From contig CAVUKA010000004.1 in the NCBI GenBank assembly GCA_963741945.1, positions 192,001-256,000 of the forward strand: a stretch of DNA of 64,000 bases, read 5' to 3'. Under the pieces are notes generated by a model. The model ran no database searches, was not told where the DNA came from, and worked only from the letters and a program-made list of their open reading frames with translations. The stretch's first letter is position 1; every line of letters begins with the position of its first letter. Origin of the DNA: an uncultured Gemmatimonadales bacterium (GTDB lineage Bacteria > Gemmatimonadota > Gemmatimonadetes > Longimicrobiales > RSA9). A program made the translations under genes and the position numbers. Below are positions 9,399 through 17,406 of this stretch, piece by piece.

Positions 9399-9529
9399 GA
9401 TCCATTGGTTTGGGTCTGTGCCCGGGAAGGGTCGGGTAAGATGGGCCACCGGGTGCACACCGGCCAGTGGATGGGGCGGTGCCGCCCGCCGGTGTTCCCC
9501 GCTCCCTGCCCTGTCGCTACCTTCTCGCC

Positions 9530-9925
9530 ATGGTCTACTCAGACAGGATCTACGGTGAGCGCGTCCGGCGCTTCAGCCTCCGCATTGAGACGGTTCTCTA
9601 CGACGCCTATCGTCGGATGGACGCGGACCGCGAGCAGCGAGGCATGGACCCGCCCCGCCCGGGTGAGGTCCAATTGTTCTCCTGGCCGCAGGAATGGCCG
9701 GACTGGTCCTGCGGATTCGGCGGGGAAGCGCGTCGAGAGCCGTGCGTCGATCAGACCCATGTCGTGACCGATGATGGGGCCCGCACGGCATACGTGTATC
9801 ACGCCGCCCGGTTCGTACGGCGGCTCGACCACCCCGGCCGCGCGTTCTGGGTGGCCGTGCGCAAGCACGACCTGCCCGGCGCCCTCGACGAGGCGGCGTG
9901 GGATCGCCTGGACACAAAGGCGTAG
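9530..9925 (+). CDS. hypothetical protein
   Basis: Fills the gap between flanking genes with plausible composition; WPQEWPDWSCGFGG motif. Confidence 0.6.
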   Translation: MVYSDRIYGERVRRFSLRIETVLYDAYRRMDADREQRGMDPPRPGEVQLFSWPQEWPDWSCGFGGEARREPCVDQTHVVTDDGARTAYVYHAARFVRRLDHPGRAFWVAVRKHDLPGALDEAAWDRLDTKA

Positions 9926-9938
9926 CATCCGGCAGTGA

Positions 9939-10694
9939 TCATTCCGGCGCCACTCCCGCCTTCCCCAGCCGCGGCAGCAGGAACCCCGTTCGGCCCCGCC
10001 ACGCCTCGTAGCCCGGGTAGCGGCTGAGGCTCGCCTCGATCGCGAGCATGTTCGGCAGGAAGTACAGCACCCACACAGCCGCCAGGATCACCCACGGCAG
10101 CCAGTGGTCCACGATCAGGGCATAGCTCCCGTAGATCAGCATCTCCCCGAGGTAGTTCGGATGCCGGATCCGGCGGTAGAAGCCGTCCGTGATGAGCCCC
10201 GGATCATTCGCATCCCGCCGCCTCCGCACGCGGAGCGCCGCGTACTTCTGTGCGTCCGCACCCACCATCATCAGGACGCCCACCGTGTGCACGGCCACCG
10301 CCAGCGCGAGCCCCCATGGCGGCGCAGGGGTCCAGCCACGGGCGGGGGGGCCCGCGATCAGGATCACGGGGGCCACCCAGTAGAGCGACAGGAAGGCCAG
10401 TGCGGCCATGGCGGAAGGCACCGTAACCGCCCGTCGCCACCGGCGATCGGGCACCACCACGTCCTTCACCACCCAGACGATGCCATACGATCCATGGAGA
10501 GCCAGGTAGACCCAGGCGGGGATCGTGAAGTTCCCGTACATCACCATCAGCGCGAGCACGAACGGACCGGTGGCGGCCTTGTGCAGGTCGACGCCCACAT
10601 TGAGGGGGATGCGGCCTCCGGGAGACGGCCGCACCACGGACTCCGTGACCCTGTGCAGCACCGCCGCCCAGCGCGGCATGGCCAGCCGGCTCAT
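9939..10694 (-). CDS. DUF1295 / steroid 5-alpha-reductase / ICMT-like membrane protein
   Basis: Multiple TM segments; YLALHGSYG, ADAQK, GLITDGFY..IRHPNYLGEMLIY motifs. Confidence 0.82.
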   Translation of the reverse strand: MSRLAMPRWAAVLHRVTESVVRPSPGGRIPLNVGVDLHKAATGPFVLALMVMYGNFTIPAWVYLALHGSYGIVWVVKDVVVPDRRWRRAVTVPSAMAALAFLSLYWVAPVILIAGPPARGWTPAPPWGLALAVAVHTVGVLMMVGADAQKYAALRVRRRRDANDPGLITDGFYRRIRHPNYLGEMLIYGSYALIVDHWLPWVILAAVWVLYFLPNMLAIEASLSRYPGYEAWRGRTGFLLPRLGKAGVAPE

Positions 10695-10935
10695 GCGGTC
10701 CGCTCCTGGAGTCCGCTCCGCACCAGCCCCGGGCCGGCTTCGTTCGGGTGCCACATTCTCTCTCTCCTGCCTCCACAGACGCGGTGCCCAACGTAGAGGG
10801 CCGCACGCGGCCGGACCAGTGCCGCGGCGGCTGCGCGCCGCCCCTCCGCTGCCCTGTCTGCCGGGCACGGCCGGAACTTCGCGTGCATCACGGGGCTGGC
10901 ACGATCATCCACTCCGAAGCGGAGGGGACGAGCGC

Positions 10936-11221
10936 GTGAGATGAATCGCGGACGCAATGCCCAGGCGACTCGGCCGATGGCTCAGGGCGCTGGGGTACGA
11001 CGTCATCTACGACGAGAGCCGTTCCGATGAGGATCTGGCCCGCCTCGCGCGGGATGAACGGACGCTCCTTCTCACCCGGGACCGTCGCCGATCAGGCCTG
11101 CCCCCGGTGTGGGCGCGTATACTGGGAAGGTAGCCATACGCGACGGATGCGACGGTGGCTCGAGGCAGTAGCGGAACACGGGGGAGCGGAACCAGCGCGG
11201 CCCCGCTCCCCGTTCTCCTAG
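10936..11221 (+). pseudogene. degraded Mut7-C RNase (PIN-fold) domain gene
   Basis: GGAGG RBS + GTG-AGA-TGA(stop)-IADAMPRRLGRWLRALGYD...LLLTRD, then CPRCGRVYWEGSH in another frame; middle of the domain missing. Confidence 0.8.
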
Positions 11222-11245
11222 CCTCGCCGTCGAGCAGTCAGGGGC

Positions 11246-11659
11246 TCAGAGACCCTTGTCCTCACCGGCGCCCGCTCGGTCCTCCGGCTCTTCACCTGCG
11301 GCGGCGGCGTCCGAGCCGGCCGACCTGGGCAGCGCCGCGGTGATTTCGCTCCGGTTCTGGCGCGCCGCACGCTCTTCCAGCTCCTTGCGCAGCTCGGTTA
11401 TCTTCGCCTGGATCCGCTCGAGCGCGGCGTCCAGCCTCGGCTGTGCGTCCGCCAGGAGCCGCGCCATCTTCGGCTTCACGTCGTCAACCGCACCTTCCAC
11501 TTTCGGCCGGATCTCGGCCATTGCGGCATCCACGCGGGCATCCAGCTGATCGAACGCCCGCTTGATCCTCGGGCGCGCTTCCTCGATCGCGGCTTCGATC
11601 CTCGACTCCAGGTCCGCGAGCGCATCCTTCTTCGTCCGGTTCTTGCCCTGTTCTTCCAC
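11246..11659 (-). CDS. hypothetical coiled-coil / amphipathic helical repeat protein
   Basis: GGGAGG RBS 5 nt before GTG 11659; repeated ..RP(R/K)(I/V).. amphipathic units. Confidence 0.65.
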   Translation of the reverse strand: MEEQGKNRTKKDALADLESRIEAAIEEARPRIKRAFDQLDARVDAAMAEIRPKVEGAVDDVKPKMARLLADAQPRLDAALERIQAKITELRKELEERAARQNRSEITAALPRSAGSDAAAAGEEPEDRAGAGEDKGL

Positions 11660-11805
11660 CTCAGCCTCCCTCTCGTGCTCCACGTCCGCGTTCCACCCCT
11701 CACTCCCTACGGCCCGATCCACCACTGGTTTCGTCTGCGCTGCCACGGCTCTTGCATGGAAGAGCGGCTGGCTGTGCGGAAAAGCGAGACCTGAACCGCG
11801 GGATC

Positions 11806-12303
11806 ATGGACCTGCTCTCACTTTGCGAGACCATCAAGGCGAATGCCGGCGAGATCGGCGCCAACGTCATCAGCGACTGGGGCCACATCAGTGGAGCCGA
11901 GCCATGGCTCGTTCTTCCGGACCGGCTGGACCTCGATCATATCCCCCAGCTGGTCCGGCAGCTCGCCGCCGCCTCGCTCTGCACCGACTTCGACCGCGCG
12001 CTCTGTCAGGACGTGATTCGCACGGCCGCCGATCATGGCGACCGCCGCCGCGGTGAAGGGTACGAGGAAACGCTGCTTCACCGCGAGTATCACCTCCTCC
12101 GGCGGGCGCTTGCCGACCGGCTCCGTCGGATGCACGGTGAAGATACCACGGTCTTCCTGGCCATGATGCGGATCGATGCCCTGACAACGCTCGCCATCGC
12201 CGCCGCCCTCCACGGGTTCCACCGGAAGGAGCTGGAAGAGCGCGGACGCTGGCCCGCGGTGATCGAGCGCCTCCTCGACGACTGGCCGCTCCCCTCCACC
12301 TGA
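11806..12303 (+). CDS. stand-alone RsbRD-N-like (non-haem globin-like) domain protein
   Basis: DHIPQLV and HGDRRRGEGY...REYHLLRRAL resemble the RsbRD N-terminal sensor motif. Confidence 0.55.
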   Translation: MDLLSLCETIKANAGEIGANVISDWGHISGAEPWLVLPDRLDLDHIPQLVRQLAAASLCTDFDRALCQDVIRTAADHGDRRRGEGYEETLLHREYHLLRRALADRLRRMHGEDTTVFLAMMRIDALTTLAIAAALHGFHRKELEERGRWPAVIERLLDDWPLPST

Positions 12304-12324
12304 AGCCGCCCCCCGGCTGCGCCA

Positions 12325-12879
12325 TCAGCGGAGTGCCAGCAGTGCCGCCCGGTAGACTTCGAGATCGTTCTCCGAGAACAGCACGAAGCGGATCTCGTCG
12401 AACTGCCCGGGATCGGCCTCAAGTACACTTCGAATCGCGCGGAGCGCCACGTCCGCCGCGTCATTCACCGGGTAGCCGTATATGCCCGTGCTCACGGACG
12501 GAAACGCCACGGTCCGGGAGCCCGTCCGAGCCGCTTCCTCCAGAGACCTCCGATACGCGGAGGCGAGCAGGTCCGCCTCACCGTAGCTGCCACCCCGCCA
12601 TCGCGGGCCCACCGTATGAACCACGTACTGCGCCGGAAGCTGTCCGGCGGTGGTCGCCACGGCGCCCCCGGTGGGCAGCCCGTCGGGATACTGATCGTGT
12701 CGCACCCGTTTGCACGCCTCCAGAATCGTGGGGCCACCCCGAAGATGGATGGCCCCATCGACGCCGCCGCCGCCCATGAGCGACGAGTTCGCGGCGTTCA
12801 CGATGGCGTCCGCGTCCTGTTCGGTGATGTCGCCCTGGACCAGACGCAGTCGTGTCCCGCCGAACTCTCGCTCACTCAT
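12325..12879 (-). CDS. ymdB: macrodomain O-acetyl-ADP-ribose deacetylase
   Basis: GDIT, AIVNAANSSLMGGGGVDGAIH, HTVGP, AFPSVSTGIYGYP. Confidence 0.93.
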   Translation of the reverse strand: MSEREFGGTRLRLVQGDITEQDADAIVNAANSSLMGGGGVDGAIHLRGGPTILEACKRVRHDQYPDGLPTGGAVATTAGQLPAQYVVHTVGPRWRGGSYGEADLLASAYRRSLEEAARTGSRTVAFPSVSTGIYGYPVNDAADVALRAIRSVLEADPGQFDEIRFVLFSENDLEVYRAALLALR

Positions 12880-13550
12880 CGCCGCCTCTGGATCCGCGTC
12901 ACCGTGCGCGCCCGCGGCGTGCAGCCGACCCGCCTGGCCACCCGCCGCCACAGGCCGCCGTGGCCGCGATGCCCGTGCTTCAGCCACGCCTCCGCGTGCG
13001 CCATCTCGTGCAGCAATGTGTCTTCGAGCGCCGCGCGGTTCCCCGGCAGCAGCAGGTCCTCTGCGAGCGCGATCTCCCGTACACGGCGGCTTCCGTCCAC
13101 ACCGTCGTACGCGATGGTTCCCAGGGTCCGCTTCATGCGACGACTGAGCCGGAGGGGTATGTCCGGAAGCGAACCGCCGAAGCGCGTCCGATTGAGTTGC
13201 GCGAACAGCGCCCGCACCGGCGTGTTCTCTTCCGCGTCCCGGCGCGGCTGACGCCTGGGGCGGGATCGCTGCGACCGTCGCAGCCCCTCTCGCGCGCCTT
13301 CCCAGTTCCGGATCACGTCCAGCGCCCGTCCGTATTCTGCCGAGCCCCGGGACGCCGAGACGAACGACGCGATGGCCTGGACCACTCCTGGCGGCGCTTC
13401 GCGGAAGCAGGCGTGGCTGTTCAGCGTCCGTCCGTCGCGGGAGATGGAGAGGAGCACGGTGCGGTTCTCCCGATAGCGCACCGCCTCGATCTTCGACCCG
13501 GCAGCGTTGAGGGCTCGGAGCACGGGCTCCCGGGGGTCATCGGACATCAT
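12876..13550 (-). CDS. SprT-like zinc metalloprotease
   Basis: LNRTRFGGSLP, RMKRTLG, TLLHEMAH, GHGGLW; stop overlaps the macrodomain ATG (ATGA). Confidence 0.85.
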   Translation of the reverse strand: MMSDDPREPVLRALNAAGSKIEAVRYRENRTVLLSISRDGRTLNSHACFREAPPGVVQAIASFVSASRGSAEYGRALDVIRNWEGAREGLRRSQRSRPRRQPRRDAEENTPVRALFAQLNRTRFGGSLPDIPLRLSRRMKRTLGTIAYDGVDGSRRVREIALAEDLLLPGNRAALEDTLLHEMAHAEAWLKHGHRGHGGLWRRVARRVGCTPRARTVTRIQRRR

Positions 13551-13674
13551 GGCCACAAGATAGCCGGAGCCGACCGACGGCGGCCACCTCCTGCTCACCC
13601 AGGTTGCCGGTGCTCCCCCGGCCGATTACGCTGAACCCTGCATCGCGCTCTGGCCACAACGTGGAAGGAAATCG

Positions 13675-14445
13675 ATGACGCCCTGGGTGCTCCGGCTCCT
13701 GATCGCGAATATTGCGGCGTTTCTGCTCGCCCCACCCGGGTCCCCGCAGTACCACGCCCTCATGTTCGTCCCCATGTTGGTGCTGCAACGGCCGTGGACA
13801 CCACTGACGTACATGTTCCTCCACGCCAACCTGATGCACATCCTCTTCAACATGCTCGGGCTGTATTTCTTCGGACCGCGCCTGGAGCAGCGCATCGGGT
13901 CTCGCGACTTCCTCATCCTCTACTTCGTTTCCGGGCTCTCCGGTGCGGCCCTCTCGTACGTCTTTGCCTTCAACGCCGCCATCATCGGGGCCTCGGCCGC
14001 CGTCTTCGGCGTCCTCTACGGCTACGCCCACTACTGGCCGGACGAACGCATCTACCTCTGGTTCGTCCTGCCCGTTCCCGCCCGCCTCCTGATCGTCGGG
14101 CTCGTCGCCATCTCGCTCTTCAGCGGCTTCACGGGGAGCGGTGGGGGAGTCGCGCACTTCGCCCACCTCGGCGGCTTCGCCGGTGGCTTCCTTTACCTGA
14201 AGCTGCGCGAGCGGCGGTCGGGTGCGTTTCGCCGGAAGGCCACGCCCGGGGCGGATTCATCGGCCATCGACCGGCTCTCGGGCAAGGCCGCTCGTGACGA
14301 GAAGCGGTGGGACAGCATCGATACCTCGAGCCTCCACGAGATCAACCGGCTCGAAGTCGACCGGATTCGGAAGAAGATCCAGGATAGCGGAACGGGCAGC
14401 CTTACTCCGGACGAGCGGGCGTTCATGAACCGCATGGCCGGCTGA
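13675..14445 (+). CDS. rhomboid intramembrane serine protease
   Basis: YMFLH, HILFNM, GASAA catalytic Ser, AHLGG catalytic His; soluble C-terminal tail. Confidence 0.93.
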   Translation: MTPWVLRLLIANIAAFLLAPPGSPQYHALMFVPMLVLQRPWTPLTYMFLHANLMHILFNMLGLYFFGPRLEQRIGSRDFLILYFVSGLSGAALSYVFAFNAAIIGASAAVFGVLYGYAHYWPDERIYLWFVLPVPARLLIVGLVAISLFSGFTGSGGGVAHFAHLGGFAGGFLYLKLRERRSGAFRRKATPGADSSAIDRLSGKAARDEKRWDSIDTSSLHEINRLEVDRIRKKIQDSGTGSLTPDERAFMNRMAG

Positions 14446-14464
14446 CCGCTGACGGTAGCGGCCG

Positions 14465-15214
14465 TCAGCCCCCACCTTCGTGCGGCCGCTCCCGTTCGTC
14501 CATGATGCGACGCGCCCGTTTCAGCCGATCGGGGTCGCCCACCTCCAGCCAGAGCGAGCTCCCGATGTCGAAGTGCGCGATCCTGTGGCCGGCGCCCGCC
14601 AGCCGCAGGTACGGCTCGAGGATGGAAAACGCGCCGGTCTCCTCGATCAGGTCGAAAAGCCGTGAAGAGATGACGTGGATGCCGGCGAACGCCCACTCCT
14701 GACCCCGTCCGGTCAGCGGGCGCGCCACTTCCTCCCGCCCCGTGCCGCGGTCAACCCGCGCCTGCAGCCCGGCATCGTCGAAACGCAAACGGCGGTTGGA
14801 GGCTCGATCGCTCACCGCCAGGGTCGCCAGCGCGTTCAACGCCAGGTGTGCCCTGTACATGGCGGCCAGGGGGGCGTCGGTGACAACGTCGACGTTGTGG
14901 AGGAAGAACGGGGCGTCTCCCCGGAACAGATCGCGCGCCCGGAGCAGGCCGCCCCCCGTTTCGAGCGGGGCCGTGGCTTCCTCGGAAATCCGCGTGTCGA
15001 CGCCGAATCCGTCCCGCTCATCGATGAACTTCCGGACCTGGTCTGCGTGGTGGTGGATGTTGACGATGAGGCGGTCGGCGCCCGCGTCGATCAGGCGACG
15101 CGCGATCCGCTCCAGCATCGGCACGCCAGCCACGGTCACCAGCGCCTTCGGTGTTGTTTCCGTCAGTGGCCGCAGCCGCGTGCCCATACCGGCGGCCAGG
15201 ATCATGGCGTCCAC
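14465..15214 (-). CDS. murU: nucleotidyltransferase (MurU-like MurNAc-1-P uridylyltransferase)
   Basis: AMILAAGMGTRLRPLT..PKAL, LETGGG; directly downstream of the AmgK-like kinase. Confidence 0.75.
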   Translation of the reverse strand: MDAMILAAGMGTRLRPLTETTPKALVTVAGVPMLERIARRLIDAGADRLIVNIHHHADQVRKFIDERDGFGVDTRISEEATAPLETGGGLLRARDLFRGDAPFFLHNVDVVTDAPLAAMYRAHLALNALATLAVSDRASNRRLRFDDAGLQARVDRGTGREEVARPLTGRGQEWAFAGIHVISSRLFDLIEETGAFSILEPYLRLAGAGHRIAHFDIGSSLWLEVGDPDRLKRARRIMDERERPHEGGG

Positions 15215-15217
15215 GGC

Positions 15218-16696
15218 CTACTCCCCCGGCTGGCGCTCCGAGCCCGCCCCGGCCGTTCGCCGTGGCCGCGGCCAGGACTCGCGCTCCCGGTGCATCACGC
15301 GCACGTGGATGTGCGGGTAGCGCGAGCGGAGGTGACGTGCGAGCCGCTCGGTCATGTAAACGGACCGGTGCTGCCCGCCCGTGCACCCGAAGGAGACGGC
15401 GAGGCTCGAGAAGCCCCGGCGCAGGTACTCCTCCACCTGGGCGTCCACCATCTGCTGCACCCCTGTCCAGAACGCGTGCAGCTCGTCGCGGGCTTCCAGG
15501 TACTCGATCACCGGCTCGTCCATCCCGCACTGGTCGCTGTACTCGAGATGCCGTCCGGGGTTGGGGAGGGCACGGCAATCGAATACGAAGCCGCCCCCAT
15601 GCCCGCTGGCATCCTGTGGATAGCCGCGCTTGTAGCTGAAGCTCACCAGCCGCACCGTGAGCCCGGGTTGCTGCTCCTCTTCCGAGTCCCCGGCGAATCG
15701 GTCCGCGATCCGCCGGAACACGGACTCCAGCTCCGGCGCATCCACCGGCAGCCCCTCCACCAGGAGCTCGGCCAGGTTTCGCGCCGCATACGGGACGCTC
15801 TGCAGGAACCGGGGCTTCCGCTCGTAGAAGCCGCGATATCCGTAAGCCCCGAGGGCCTGGAGGACCCGGACCATCACGAACCCGCGATACAGCTCCCGGA
15901 ACGCCGCCACATCCACCGGGAGGTGGTGACCCAGCGCCTCGAGGTAATGCTCCAGCAGGTCCGCTCGCACCGGCGCGGGGATCGCCGCCTTCGCGTCATA
16001 CAGCAGCGACGCCACATCGTACTGGAGCGCTCCGCGTCGCCCTCCCTGGAAGTCGATGAACCACGGCTCCCCGTCCCTGAGCATGATGTTGCGGGACTGG
16101 AAGTCCCGGTAGAGAAAGTGCCGTGCATCCGCCCGCAGGAGGAACGCGGTCAGCGCGTCGAAATCATGCTCGAGCTGCTGCTCGCTGAAAGGCACGTGCG
16201 CGAGCTTGAGAAAATGGTATTTGAAATAGTTCAGGTCCCACCGGATCGACTGCTCATCGAATGCGCCGCGGGGATAGGCCGCTCCGAAATCGATGCGTCG
16301 TCCACCCTCGAGCTGAAAGCGCGGCAGCTCCGTCAGAACGCGCTCGTATACCGGCCGCATCGAGTCTGGAAAGTCACCGGGCTCGCGGCTCCGCGCCTGG
16401 ACCAGCGCGTCGAACAGCGTGGTGTCTCCCAGGTCTTCCTCGAGCCACATCGACGACTCTTCGTCATACTCGTACACGTCCGGCACGGGGAGCCCCGCCG
16501 CGCGGAACGTGTGCGCGAACGATACGAACGCCCGGTTCTCGTCCCGCTCGGGGCCATACGCGCCCACCGCCGTCTCCATGGCCGGTCCAACCATGCGGTA
16601 GTAGACCCGGGTCGATCCGTCGGCTCCGAGCTCCACCACCGAGGCCGGCTCGACGCCGAAGTGCCGCTCGAACATTCTCAGGAGTGGAGTACGCAT
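15218..16696 (-). CDS. AmgK-like phosphotransferase fused to a RapZ C-terminal domain
   Basis: GSTRVYYR, EDLGD, YRDFQSRNIM, IDFQ kinase motifs; C-terminal SFSYKRG..FDCRALPNP..GCTGGQHRSV. Confidence 0.88.
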   Translation of the reverse strand: MRTPLLRMFERHFGVEPASVVELGADGSTRVYYRMVGPAMETAVGAYGPERDENRAFVSFAHTFRAAGLPVPDVYEYDEESSMWLEEDLGDTTLFDALVQARSREPGDFPDSMRPVYERVLTELPRFQLEGGRRIDFGAAYPRGAFDEQSIRWDLNYFKYHFLKLAHVPFSEQQLEHDFDALTAFLLRADARHFLYRDFQSRNIMLRDGEPWFIDFQGGRRGALQYDVASLLYDAKAAIPAPVRADLLEHYLEALGHHLPVDVAAFRELYRGFVMVRVLQALGAYGYRGFYERKPRFLQSVPYAARNLAELLVEGLPVDAPELESVFRRIADRFAGDSEEEQQPGLTVRLVSFSYKRGYPQDASGHGGGFVFDCRALPNPGRHLEYSDQCGMDEPVIEYLEARDELHAFWTGVQQMVDAQVEEYLRRGFSSLAVSFGCTGGQHRSVYMTERLARHLRSRYPHIHVRVMHRERESWPRPRRTAGAGSERQPGE

Positions 16697-16815
16697 GTCA
16701 CCAGTATCGAAGGAAACCCACCCTCCTACAAGGCGCACACGGCGTGCCTCCGCCGACAGGGCGCAGGCCGGCCTCGCCTGCCCGCGGCGGCGATGCACGC
16801 CGCCCGGGGCAACCA

Positions 16816-16841
16816 TGAAACACGGACGCTCCACGCCCGTA
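16816..16841 (+). promoter_or_regulatory. ECF sigma (SigW-like) promoter TGAAAC-N16-CGTA
   Basis: Exact TGAAAC (16816-16821), 16-nt spacer, CGTA (16838-16841), 36 bp upstream of the small membrane protein ATG. Confidence 0.55.
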
Positions 16842-16876
16842 TGGATGGCCAGGACACGAAACCAGGAGGAGGCAGC

Positions 16877-17116
16877 ATGTCGGAGAACAAGTCACTGCTC
16901 AACAAGATCCTCACCTGGACGATCATCGGGATCGTCGCGGTGATCGCCCTCAGGCTCGCGCTCCGGCTCCTCGCGTTCATCATGGGACTCGTGGGGTTCG
17001 TCTTCGGGTCCATCCTATTCCTGCTCTTCACCGTCGGCCCCATCCTGCTCCTCGGCTGGATCGCAGTGAAGGCATGGAAGGCCTTCACCCGACCCACCCC
17101 GCTCGGGACCGACTGA
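16877..17116 (+). CDS. small membrane protein (79 aa)
   Basis: Strong AGGAGGAGG RBS; MSENKSLLNK.. followed by a long hydrophobic stretch. Confidence 0.8.
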   Translation: MSENKSLLNKILTWTIIGIVAVIALRLALRLLAFIMGLVGFVFGSILFLLFTVGPILLLGWIAVKAWKAFTRPTPLGTD

Positions 17117-17155
17117 GAAAACAACGCCGGCGGGCCGAAAAAGCCCGCCGGCGTT
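17115..17155 (-). terminator. intrinsic terminator (possibly bidirectional)
   Basis: Perfect 13-bp stem AACGCCGGCGGGC / GCCCGCCGGCGTT (17123-17155), followed by GTTTTCTC on the minus strand. Confidence 0.85.
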
Positions 17156-17300
17156 ACCCCGCGATCTATGTAATTCACGCAGCGGACGGCATGTCACCTT
17201 GTCCTCTGCGGTCGTCGGCCCCCCGCGGACCTCCGGTCCCTTTGTTCAGTGCGCCCTCCGGGCGCGTCCCGTGTGCGACTCCGCCGCACTGGTTCGGGAG
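17115..17300 (-). ncRNA. putative small RNA with three tandem GGA-loop hairpins (Csr/Rsm-like)
   Basis: Minus-strand hairpins GTGCGGC-GGA-GTCGCAC, GCGCCC-GGA-GGGCGC, GGACC-GGA-GGTCC plus further GGA motifs, ending at the terminator; 5' end approximate. Confidence 0.45.
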
Positions 17301-17406
17301 GCCGTCGTATTGTCGGTATACGGAACATGGCGCCCGCCCCCCGTGCCCCGCAGTAGGGCAACGGCGGAAATTGGCGGACGCAAGGTGTGGGGAGTTGCCC
17401 GACAGG

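Noticed and set aside
10942-10944. In-frame TGA in the Mut7-C gene as selenocysteine or readthrough
   Set aside because: The position is normally a hydrophobic residue, and the gene also has a deletion and frameshift, so decay is the simpler explanation.
11741-11756. TGCCACG-GCTC-TTGCA sigma54-like promoter
   Set aside because: The invariant GG at -24 reads GC.
14675-16876. 813-aa plus-strand ORF in the track
   Set aside because: Antisense shadow of murU and the amgK-like gene; only its last 79 codons (from ATG 16877 with a strong RBS) look like a real gene.
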